A DNA stretch of 53,143 nt from Candidatus Sysuimicrobiota bacterium (GTDB lineage Bacteria > Sysuimicrobiota > Sysuimicrobiia > Sysuimicrobiales > Sysuimicrobiaceae), in NCBI GenBank assembly GCA_040289515.1, contig PSLI01000010.1:1-53143 (forward strand), in the 5' to 3' direction. Under the pieces are notes generated by a model that saw only the letters and a program-made list of their open reading frames with translations, ran no database searches and had not been told where the DNA came from. Within the stretch, counting starts at the first letter, position 1. Every line of letters begins with the position of its first letter. The translations under genes and the position numbers were made by a program. Below, piece by piece: positions 9,749 through 17,551 of the stretch.

Positions 9749-9823
9749 GCGGGTGTAGCTCAGCGGTAGAGCGTCGGCTTGCCATGCCGAAGGTCGCGGG
9801 TTCAAATCCCGTCGCCCGCTCCA
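9749..9823 (+). tRNA. tRNA-Gly (GCC)
   Basis: GCGGGTG acceptor stem, TCGGC-TTGCCAT-GCCGA anticodon arm, GGTTCAAATCC, CCA. Confidence 0.97.
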
Positions 9824-9833
9824 GTCCCGCTTC

Positions 9834-9849
9834 CGGCACGCTTCTTGCA
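9834..9849 (+). promoter_or_regulatory. Sigma-54 (-24/-12) promoter
   Basis: CGGCACG-CTTC-TTGCA against consensus TGGCACG-N4-TTGCW; GG (9835-9836) and GC (9847-9848) separated by exactly 10 nt. Confidence 0.7.
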
Positions 9850-9859
9850 GGTTTCCCCA

Positions 9860-10005
9860 CACGGAGGTAGACGGGTAGGCCGCTGTGCTTGCTGTGGTCG
9901 ACCCAGCTGCGCCAAGCCTAGGAGTGGCGGGCGCACCGGGTACCACGTGCTGGCCCGACGCCACCGACGAGGTTGTGCCGTAGGGAGGTGCCACACCTGG
10001 GAGCA
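9860..10005 (+). ncRNA. Candidate sigma-54-dependent structured RNA (or long leader)
   Basis: Starts at the expected sigma-54 TSS; no start codon at proper RBS spacing; successive hairpins (9873-9904, 9910-9929, 9929-9956, 9986-9998) and four GGA motifs. Confidence 0.35.
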
Positions 10006-10011
10006 GGGGGG

Positions 10012-10020
10012 TGCTAAAAT
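10012..10020 (+). promoter_or_regulatory. Extended -10 promoter of the peroxiredoxin gene
   Basis: TGC-TAAAAT upstream of an AGGAGGT RBS. Confidence 0.6.
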
Positions 10021-10055
10021 CCTCCGGGGGTCGACGTCAGGGCAGGAGGTGCGGC

Positions 10056-10556
10056 TTGCCGGAGCTCCAGGTGGGAGACCGCGTGCCCGAAGTGCTGTTT
10101 GTGGGTCCGGACCGCCAGCCGATCCGGCTGTACTCCCTACTTGGCCAGCCCCTTGTGCTGGCCTTTTTCCCCGCCGCCTTCACCCCCACGTGCACACGGG
10201 AGATGTGCACCTTCCGGGACGGTCTGGAACACTACAACCGGTTGAAGGCAAAGGTGGTGGGGATTAGCGTGGACCTACCCTTCAGTCTTAACGCCTTCGC
10301 GGACCAGCTCGCCCTCAACTTCCCCCTGCTGAGCGACTACGGCCGGCAGGCCGTGCGGGCGTTCGGCGTGGAGGATCCCAGGCCCTTCGCGGGGGTGTTC
10401 CCGGGGCTGTCCCGGCGTGCGGTGTTCGTGGTGGACCCGTCCGGTACGGTGGTGTACCGCTGGGTGTCGGACGACCCCAAGGTGGAACCGCCGTACGAGG
10501 AGGTCGAGAAGGCGGTGGAGGCCCTATCGCGGGGGATCCCCTTGGCGCCGCGTTGA
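10056..10556 (+). CDS. Peroxiredoxin (BCP/PrxQ or AhpE-like)
   Basis: FFPAAFTPTCTREMC (PxxxTxxC plus CxxxxC), VVGISVD, FPLLSD, RAVFVVD; TTG start after AGGAGGT. Confidence 0.92.
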   Translation: MPELQVGDRVPEVLFVGPDRQPIRLYSLLGQPLVLAFFPAAFTPTCTREMCTFRDGLEHYNRLKAKVVGISVDLPFSLNAFADQLALNFPLLSDYGRQAVRAFGVEDPRPFAGVFPGLSRRAVFVVDPSGTVVYRWVSDDPKVEPPYEEVEKAVEALSRGIPLAPR

Positions 10557-10582
10557 GCCGCGGGTGGCAGGGCTGGTACAAT
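10553..10582 (+). promoter_or_regulatory. Sigma-70 promoter of tRNA-Cys
   Basis: TTGAGC (10553-10558), 18 bp, TACAAT (10577-10582) with TGn extension. Confidence 0.65.
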
Positions 10583-10599
10583 CACTTCGGACCGCCGGA

Positions 10600-10673
10600 G
10601 GCGACGTAGCCAAGAGGCAAGGCAGGGGTCTGCAAAACCCCGATCCCCGGTTCGAATCCGGGCGTCGCCTCCA
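10600..10673 (+). tRNA. tRNA-Cys (GCA)
   Basis: GGCGACG acceptor stem, GGGGT-CTGCAAA-ACCCC anticodon arm, GGTTCGAATCC, CCA. Confidence 0.97.
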
Positions 10674-10681
10674 GTTTTGCG

Positions 10682-11677
10682 TTACCGATCCGTACGCCCA
10701 ACCAGCCACAGGAAAAACGGCACGCCCACCAGGGCTGTGATGGCCCCTACGGGGATCTCCAGCGGTGCTGCAGCAGTGCGGGCCAGCAGGTCGGCCCACA
10801 CCAGGAGGGAAGCCCCGAGCAGGGCGGAGCCAGGCAGAAGGTCCGCGTGGGCTGCACCGGCCAGCCGGCGAACCATGTGGGGCACCACGAGGCCCACAAA
10901 GCCCACAAGCCCCGCTGCGGCCACCGCAGCGGCGGTCATGAGGGTCGCGGAGGCCACCAGGTACACCCGCGCCCGGGGAACGTCCACACCTGTGGCCGAG
11001 GCCTCCTCCTCGCCCAGCAGCAGCACGTCCAGCTCCCGCGCACACCCGCGGGCCAGGAGGTAGCCTGTGAGGATGGCAAGAGCGGTCAGGTGCACGTGCT
11101 CCCATCCCCGGCCACCGAGGCTGCCCAGCAGCCACGCGAGAGCCTGCTGCAGGGAACCGTGGGACAGGACCAGGATGACGGAAAGAACGGCCGCGAAAAA
11201 GGTTCCCGCCGCCAGCCCGGACAGTAGAAGATCCTCCGGGCCGCGCCCGCGAAAGACCGCCACCCGGTACACCACGAACACTGCGGCCACCGCGAAGGCG
11301 AACGCGGCCACGGACACCCCTACGCCCCCCAGGCCTGCGGTGATGGCCGCCACCGCCCCTAAGGCCGCACCCGGGGCCACCCCCACCACGTACGGGTCAG
11401 CCAGGGGGTTGCGGAACAGGGTCTGGTAGACAGCACCGGAGCACGCCAGCCCTGCGCCCACCAGGCCCGCCAGCAAAGCGCGGGGCAGACGCAGCTCCAC
11501 CACGATGGCGTAGCCGGGCCCGGACGCCGGATGCCCCAACCCCGCGGCCTCGGCCAGCACGGAAGCTACCTGGTGCAGGCTTAGCGGCACCGAGCCCAGC
11601 GCCACCGCGCAGGCCAGGCTGACCCCGAGCCAGGCCCAGCCTGCCAAGACCACCCAGCCACGCGGCAGGGGCCGCAC
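10682..11677 (-). CDS. FecCD/BtuC-family iron-chelate or cobalamin ABC permease
   Basis: ELRLPRALLA, QTLFRNPLADPY, WLLGSL, LGEEEA, GFVGLVVPH, EIPVGAITA. Confidence 0.92.
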   Translation of the reverse strand: MRPLPRGWVVLAGWAWLGVSLACAVALGSVPLSLHQVASVLAEAAGLGHPASGPGYAIVVELRLPRALLAGLVGAGLACSGAVYQTLFRNPLADPYVVGVAPGAALGAVAAITAGLGGVGVSVAAFAFAVAAVFVVYRVAVFRGRGPEDLLLSGLAAGTFFAAVLSVILVLSHGSLQQALAWLLGSLGGRGWEHVHLTALAILTGYLLARGCARELDVLLLGEEEASATGVDVPRARVYLVASATLMTAAAVAAAGLVGFVGLVVPHMVRRLAGAAHADLLPGSALLGASLLVWADLLARTAAAPLEIPVGAITALVGVPFFLWLVGRTDR

Positions 11678-11695
11678 CGGACCGGATGGGCGCGC

Positions 11696-12307
11696 CTACC
11701 GGGCGCGGATGAGGGACAGGAACTCCGCGCGGGTGCGGGCGTCGTCCCGGAACAGACCCCGCATGGCCGAGGTCACCATGATGCTGCCGGGCTTCTTCAC
11801 ACCCCGCATGGTCATGCACAGGTGCTCCGCCTGGATCACCACCGCGGAACCCTTGGCCTGCAGCTCCTCCACCAGCAGGTCCGCGATCTGGGAGGTCAGG
11901 CGCTCCTGAACCTGGGGCCTGCGGGCCAGGACCTCCACCACCCGCGCCACCTTGCTGATGCCCACCACACGGCCATTGGGCACGTAGCCCACGTGGGCGA
12001 CCCCGTGGAAGGGGAGCAGGTGGTGCTCGCATAAGGAGTAGAAGGGGATGTCCTTCAGCACCACCATCTCGTGGTGCTGCTCTTCCTGGAACCCTATCCG
12101 CAGGAACTCCCGGGGGTCGCGGTGCAGGCCGCTGAACAGCTCCGCGTACATCTCCGCGATCCGCCGGGGCGTCTCCCGCAGGCCCTCCCGTCCGGGATCC
12201 TCGCCGATGGCCTGGAGGATCTCCATTACCGCAGCCTCGATGCGGGCCCGATTCACTCCTGCCGGCCGCGCCCGCGGCGCCACAGGAATCGGTCTGTGTC
12301 CGTCCAT
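11696..12307 (-). CDS. folE: GTP cyclohydrolase I
   Basis: [49 protein letters not shown]. Confidence 0.96.
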   Translation of the reverse strand: MDGHRPIPVAPRARPAGVNRARIEAAVMEILQAIGEDPGREGLRETPRRIAEMYAELFSGLHRDPREFLRIGFQEEQHHEMVVLKDIPFYSLCEHHLLPFHGVAHVGYVPNGRVVGISKVARVVEVLARRPQVQERLTSQIADLLVEELQAKGSAVVIQAEHLCMTMRGVKKPGSIMVTSAMRGLFRDDARTRAEFLSLIRAR

Positions 12308-12336
12308 TCCGCCTGCCTCCTTACCTCACCCCGTGC

Positions 12337-13239
12337 TCACACCCGCGGCGACCCCTGCGGGTTCTGACGAACGAAGGACTCCGTGGTGTCCGGCACCGGC
12401 ACCAGGCCCAGCAGCCCTTCCAGGGTTCGGGCCAGGCGCACCGTGAAGCGAACATCGTGGGTGCGCACTACACGCGCCCCCCGTTCGACGCCCAGCACCA
12501 CCGCGGCCGCGGTGGCCTCCCGCAGCTCCTCCGGGGGCAGCCGCAGGATGTCCCGCAGGTAGTTCTTGCGAGAGGTGGCCAGGTACACCGGGTAGCCCAG
12601 GGACAGCAGCTCGTCCAGCCTCCGCAGTAGCTGCACGTCGTGGGCAGGTGTCTTGCCGAAGCTGAAACCCGGGTCCACCAGGATCCGGTCCGCGGGAAGC
12701 CCCGCCTGCCGGGCGACCTCCGTGCGTTCCCGCAGGAAGGCGGACACCTCCGCGAACACGTCTTCGTACTGCGGGTCGATCTGCGCCACCTTGTGGGGGC
12801 CCCGCCGGTGCATCACCACCAACCCGGCCCCGTACGCGGCCGCCACCTCGGCCATCTGCGGGGTGGGAAGGCCACTCACGTCGTTGATGGCCACCGCGCC
12901 CGCTTCCAGGGCCTTCCTCGCCACCTGCGGCTTCACCGTCTCAACCACCACCGGTAGCCCCACCTCCGTCCGCACCCGCTCCGCTACCGGCACCACCCGC
13001 CGTATCTCCTCGTCCACCGGCACGTGCGGGCCGGGCCGCGCGGACTCCCCTCCCACCTCGATAAGGTCCGCTCCCTCCTCTGCCATCTCGTGCGCCCGTT
13101 CCAGGGCGGAGGCCAGGTCGGGGTGGCGTGCTGCCGCGTAGAAGGAGTCCGAGGTCACGTTGAGGATCCCCACGACGTAGACGCGCCGACGCAGGTCCAA
13201 GGTCAGATCCCGCAGGCGCAGCAGTCCCTGGTGGCCCAC
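12337..13239 (-). CDS. folP: Dihydropteroate synthase
   Basis: GILNVTSDSFY, GGESARPG, INDVSG, DPGFSFGK, SRK, RTHDV. Confidence 0.9.
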   Translation of the reverse strand: MGHQGLLRLRDLTLDLRRRVYVVGILNVTSDSFYAAARHPDLASALERAHEMAEEGADLIEVGGESARPGPHVPVDEEIRRVVPVAERVRTEVGLPVVVETVKPQVARKALEAGAVAINDVSGLPTPQMAEVAAAYGAGLVVMHRRGPHKVAQIDPQYEDVFAEVSAFLRERTEVARQAGLPADRILVDPGFSFGKTPAHDVQLLRRLDELLSLGYPVYLATSRKNYLRDILRLPPEELREATAAAVVLGVERGARVVRTHDVRFTVRLARTLEGLLGLVPVPDTTESFVRQNPQGSPRV

Positions 13240-13321
13240 AACACCTCATTGTAAGCCCCGCCGGCAAGCACCCGGCGCAGGAGGAACGCAAGCGGACACG
13301 AAGTGTTTCCGGTGGAAGCCC

Positions 13322-14407
13322 ATGGACCCCCTGGCCAGGCCGGCGCTGAAATACGTCCCCGCGTACGTGTCGGGGCGACGGGCCGCCCCCGCAGGCCAGG
13401 CGCCCGTGGCGCACCTGGCGTCCAACGAGAACCCCCTGGGCGCCTCGCCCAGGGCCCTGCAGGCTCTGGCCCGTGAGGCGGCCGGCTGGGCCCGCTACCC
13501 GGACGACGACGCCAGCAGCCTGCGCGAGGCGCTGGCAGCGCACCTCAACGTCCCCGCGGCCTGCGTGGCCGTGGGAGCAGGCAGCAGCGCCCTGCTCAAG
13601 CTCCTGGCGGAAGCGTACCTGGACGGAAGCCGCACCGCGGTGTACGCGTGGCCCAGCTTCCCCCTGTACCCGCTTGTGGTGCGGCTGCAGGAGGCCGTGG
13701 AAGTCCAGGTTCCCCTGGACCCCGCCGGCCGCCACGACCTGGAGGAGATGGGCCGGTTCGCTCGGCAAGCGCACGTGGTGATTGTGTGCAACCCCAACAA
13801 CCCCACGGGCACGTACCTCTCTGGACCGGAGCTGGAGGCTTTCCTGGATCAGCTGCCGCCCGAGGTTCTGGTGGTGCTGGACGAGGCGTACGCGGAGTTC
13901 GCACGGCACGCCACACCCGACTACCCGGACGGAGTTCGGTGGGTGCGGGAGGGCCGGCGGGTGGCAGTGCTGCGAAGCTTTTCCAAGGTATACGGGCTGG
14001 CGGGGCTGCGGGTGGGCTACCTGGTGGCCCCCGCGGAGGTGGTGGAGGCGGTCGTCCGGGCGCGGGAGCCGTTCCAGGTCTCCGCTCCCGCGCAGGCGGC
14101 GGCCCTGGCGGCGCTGTCGGACGCCGCCCACGTGGCCCGCACCCTGGAGGTGGTGGCCCGGGGCCGGGATCGCCTGCAGCAACTCGCTGGAGAGCTCGGG
14201 CTTCGCACGTACCGCAGCGTAGCCAACTTCGTGTGGCTGGACACAGGACGCCCCGCGCGCCAGCTGGCCGCACAGCTGGCCCAGAGGGGCGTCCTCGTAC
14301 GACCGGGGCCGGACACCGCCACCTGGGTGCGGGTGTCGGTGGGCACCCCGGAGGAGGTGGACCAGTTCGAAGCTGCCCTGCGGGAGGTGTTGAACACCCC
14401 CGCGTGA
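13322..14407 (+). CDS. hisC: Histidinol-phosphate (or aromatic amino acid) aminotransferase
   Basis: LASNENPLG, CNPNNPTG, DEAYAEF, RSFSKVYGLAGLRVGY, RVSVGTPEE. Confidence 0.85.
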   Translation: MDPLARPALKYVPAYVSGRRAAPAGQAPVAHLASNENPLGASPRALQALAREAAGWARYPDDDASSLREALAAHLNVPAACVAVGAGSSALLKLLAEAYLDGSRTAVYAWPSFPLYPLVVRLQEAVEVQVPLDPAGRHDLEEMGRFARQAHVVIVCNPNNPTGTYLSGPELEAFLDQLPPEVLVVLDEAYAEFARHATPDYPDGVRWVREGRRVAVLRSFSKVYGLAGLRVGYLVAPAEVVEAVVRAREPFQVSAPAQAAALAALSDAAHVARTLEVVARGRDRLQQLAGELGLRTYRSVANFVWLDTGRPARQLAAQLAQRGVLVRPGPDTATWVRVSVGTPEEVDQFEAALREVLNTPA

Positions 14408-14480
14408 GGAAGCAGGGAAGGTTGACGGACACGAAGAATTCCTCAGCGTACACAGGACCCGGTGGAGGGGGGAGGAAACG

Positions 14481-15716
14481 ATGAGCGCGCGCAGGCGGTG
14501 GATCGCCCTCGTGGCAGGGACCCTGGCCGCGGCCTCGGTGGCGGGTGCGTCCGCGGCGCCCGCGGTGCGGTTCGACCGAAACATCAAGGTGGGGGTGGTG
14601 GACACCTACAGCGGGCCGCCCGCGGTGTTCGGCAACGACGCCCTCAACGGCTTCCGGCTGGCCCTGCAGGAGATCAACCGCGACGGCGTGCACGGCGCCC
14701 GCATCGAGTTCGTCACCCGGGACGAGAAGTTCAACCCGGAGATCGGGCTCAGCATGGCGCGGGAGCTGGTGCTGCAGGAACGGGTGGACGTCCTGGTGGG
14801 GACCATCAACAGCGCCACGGCCCTGGCCATCTCCGCCTTCGCCCGCGAGCAGCGGGTGCCCTTCCTCGTGTGGATCTCCAAGAGCGAGGCCATCACGGGT
14901 GCGCGCGGGCACCGGTACGTGTTCAGCACCACGGAGAACACCGCCATGGCGGGCAAGGCCCTAGCGGAGGCCATGGTGCGCCGCGGGTACACCCGCTTCT
15001 GGCTGGCGGCGGAGGACTACGAGTACGGGCACGCCGTCACCAACTCCTTCTGGCGGTTCGTCAAGCGCCTCAAGCCGGAAGCAGAGCTGGTGAACCAGAC
15101 GTGGTGGCGCACAGGGGAGCCCGACCTGGTGCCCTACCTCACCCAGATCCTGCAGGCGCGCCCGCAGGCGGCCTTCTTCGGCACGGGGGGCGCGGGGATG
15201 GCCAACGTGATGCGCACCATGCAGGTGATCGGCTTCGCCCAGCGGGTGCCGTCCGCCATCCACACCGCCATCGACGTGACGGTGCTGCGGCCCCTGGGGA
15301 CCGCAGCACCCGAAGGAGTGTTCGGAACTACGGATTACCTGTACTACTACCCGGACACACCCGCAAACCGCAAATTCGTGCAGGACTTCCAGGCCGCCTT
15401 CGGCGGACCGCCCGGGTTCCCCGCCTTCCACGGCTACATCACGGGCCACTTTATCGCGGAGGCCTTCCGCAGGGCGCGGTCCCTGGATCGGGAGCGGTTC
15501 GTGGAGGCCTTGGAGGGCTTGCGGATCCAGACCCCCGTGGGGGAGGTGGAGATGCGGGCCTGCGACCACCAGGCGGTGCTGCCCATGATCTTCGGGGTAA
15601 CCCGCAGGGACCCGCGGTTCCCCCACTTAGTGGCGGGGGACCCTACCGTCATCCCCGGAGCCAACGTGATGCCCACCTGTGAGGACATCCGGCGGGCGCG
15701 GGAGCGCGCCCGGTAG
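14481..15716 (+). CDS. ABC substrate-binding protein (Liv/PBP1 family)
   Basis: Signal peptide, IKVGVV, QEINRDG, DYEYGH, MRACDHQ; GGAGG RBS. Confidence 0.9.
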   Translation: MSARRRWIALVAGTLAAASVAGASAAPAVRFDRNIKVGVVDTYSGPPAVFGNDALNGFRLALQEINRDGVHGARIEFVTRDEKFNPEIGLSMARELVLQERVDVLVGTINSATALAISAFAREQRVPFLVWISKSEAITGARGHRYVFSTTENTAMAGKALAEAMVRRGYTRFWLAAEDYEYGHAVTNSFWRFVKRLKPEAELVNQTWWRTGEPDLVPYLTQILQARPQAAFFGTGGAGMANVMRTMQVIGFAQRVPSAIHTAIDVTVLRPLGTAAPEGVFGTTDYLYYYPDTPANRKFVQDFQAAFGGPPGFPAFHGYITGHFIAEAFRRARSLDRERFVEALEGLRIQTPVGEVEMRACDHQAVLPMIFGVTRRDPRFPHLVAGDPTVIPGANVMPTCEDIRRARERAR

Positions 15717-15719
15717 CCC

Positions 15720-16598
15720 GTGGACGCCGCAGCGATTCTGGGCCAGCTGCTGGTGGGCCTGGGCCGGTCCATGATCCTGTTCATCGTATCGGCCGGGCTC
15801 AGCCTGGTGCTGGGTGTGCTGCGGGTACCCAATGTGTTCCACGGATCCCTGTACATGCTGGGCGCCTTCGTAGCCTGGACGGTAGCGGAGGCGCTGGGAC
15901 CTCACCCCGCGGGCCTGTGGCTGGCCCTGGCCACCGCACCCCTGGTGACCGCCGCCGTGGGGCTGGTGGTGGAGCGCCTGCTGCTGTCCAGGCTGTACCA
16001 GCGGGAGCACCTGATGCTCATCCTGTTCACCTTCGGGGTGATGCTGGTGCTCAACGACGTGGTGAAGCTCCTCTGGGGTCCCACCTACCGCTCCCTGGTG
16101 CCGCCACCTTCCCTGCAGGGCGCGGCCACGGTCCTCGGGGTGGCGTTGCCGAAGTATAACGTGGTGCTGCTTTTGGCCGGCCCGGTGGTGGCAGCGGCCC
16201 TGTGGCTGTTCACACAGCGGACCCGGGCGGGCAAGGTGTCACGCGCGGCGGCCACAGACCGGGACATGGTGGCGGTGCTGGGCGTGGACGTAAGCCGCGT
16301 GTTCGGCCTGGCTTTCGCGTTGGGCTGCTTCCTGGCGGGCCTCGGAGGCGCCCTGGTAGCCCCCACCACCAGCATCACCCTGGGCATGGACCACAGCCTG
16401 CTCATCGACAGCTTCCTGATCGTGATCGTGGGGGGCCTGGGCAACCTGTGGGGCGCCCTGGTAGGCTCGCTGCTGTTCGGCGTCACGCAGTCCCTGGGCC
16501 TGCTGGTGTGGCCTCAGTTCGCGGTAGCGTTCCCCTACGCGGTCACCGCCGCGGTCCTGCTGGTGCGCCCCACGGGGCTCCTGCGATCCGCATGGTGA
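15720..16598 (+). CDS. ABC permease (LivH-like)
   Basis: GLSLVLGVLRVPNVFHGSLYMLGA, VIVGGLGNLWGA, RPTGLL. Confidence 0.92.
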   Translation: MDAAAILGQLLVGLGRSMILFIVSAGLSLVLGVLRVPNVFHGSLYMLGAFVAWTVAEALGPHPAGLWLALATAPLVTAAVGLVVERLLLSRLYQREHLMLILFTFGVMLVLNDVVKLLWGPTYRSLVPPPSLQGAATVLGVALPKYNVVLLLAGPVVAAALWLFTQRTRAGKVSRAAATDRDMVAVLGVDVSRVFGLAFALGCFLAGLGGALVAPTTSITLGMDHSLLIDSFLIVIVGGLGNLWGALVGSLLFGVTQSLGLLVWPQFAVAFPYAVTAAVLLVRPTGLLRSAW

Positions 16599-17551
16599 GC
16601 CGGTGGAGATGGCTGGCCCTAGCCCTGGGGGGCCTGGCCGTGGCCCCTGTGGTGCTGCCGCCCTTCTTTGTGTACCTGGTGGCCCTGGTGTTGGTAACCG
16701 GGCTGCTGGCCACCAGCCTCAACCTGGTGCTGGGCTACGGGGGCCTGTACCAGTTCCACCACGGGGTGTTCTACGGCATCGGTGCGTACACCGTGGCGGT
16801 GGGGATCACCCGCCTGGGCTGGCCCGCGTGGTTGGCCTTCCTGCTGGGCCCCGTGGCCGCCGCGGCCGCGGGATGGGTCATCGGCTTCTTCTGCGTGCGG
16901 CTGTCGCGCTTGTACTTCGGCATGCTGCAGTTGTCTTTGGGGTCCTTCGTGTGGATCGTGGCCCTGCGCTGGTACCCGGTGACGGGCGGTGACAACGGAA
17001 TCCATGGCATCCCCCTGCCGGCACCCCTGCAGACCCTGGCGGGCGCGTACGGGCTGGTGGCGGCGGTGGTGTTGGTCTCCCTGGGGATCCTGTGGGCAGT
17101 GGTCCGGTCCCCCTTTGGCCTCACCCTACAGGCCATCCGGGACAACCCGCAGCGGTCCGAGGTGATGGGTGTGCCGGTGCGGCTGCACCAGCTGGCGGCC
17201 ATGGTGCTCGCAGCGTTCTTCGCGGGTGTGGCGGGGGTGCTGTACGTGGTGCTGGAGCGTTCGGTGTTCCCCAGCATGCTGTTCTGGGTGCTGTCCCTGG
17301 AGATCCTGGTGATGTGCCTGCTGGGCGGCTGGTTTACTTTTTCGGGCCCCCTGGTGGGCGCCGTGGTGATGGTGGGGCTGCGCACCCTGGTGGGCCGGTA
17401 TACGGAGTACTGGACCCTGGTGGTGGGCGTGCTGCTGATCCTGCTCATTTTCTTCCTGCCGGAGGGCATCATGGGTTGGCTGCAGCAGCGGCGGGCGGCC
17501 CTGCAGGCCCCCTCCGTGCGTCCGGCGGCGGCGGGGGACGTGCGTGGCTGA
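16592..17551 (+). CDS. ABC permease (LivM-like)
   Basis: SLNLVLGYGG, TGGDNGI, SPFGLTLQAIRDN, PEGIMG; start at ATG 16592 overlapping the livH end. Confidence 0.92.
   Translation: MVSRWRWLALALGGLAVAPVVLPPFFVYLVALVLVTGLLATSLNLVLGYGGLYQFHHGVFYGIGAYTVAVGITRLGWPAWLAFLLGPVAAAAAGWVIGFFCVRLSRLYFGMLQLSLGSFVWIVALRWYPVTGGDNGIHGIPLPAPLQTLAGAYGLVAAVVLVSLGILWAVVRSPFGLTLQAIRDNPQRSEVMGVPVRLHQLAAMVLAAFFAGVAGVLYVVLERSVFPSMLFWVLSLEILVMCLLGGWFTFSGPLVGAVVMVGLRTLVGRYTEYWTLVVGVLLILLIFFLPEGIMGWLQQRRAALQAPSVRPAAAGDVRG

Noticed and set aside
9885..9983. 32-codon GTG-start ORF (VLAVVDPAAP...) downstream of the sigma-54 site
   Set aside because: The GGAGGT at 9863-9868 is 16 nt away and the peptide has no recognisable character; not excluded, but not supportable.
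11678..11695. Cobalamin riboswitch ahead of the BtuC-like permease
   Set aside because: The gap is only 18 bp and no B12-box is visible here or upstream of folP.
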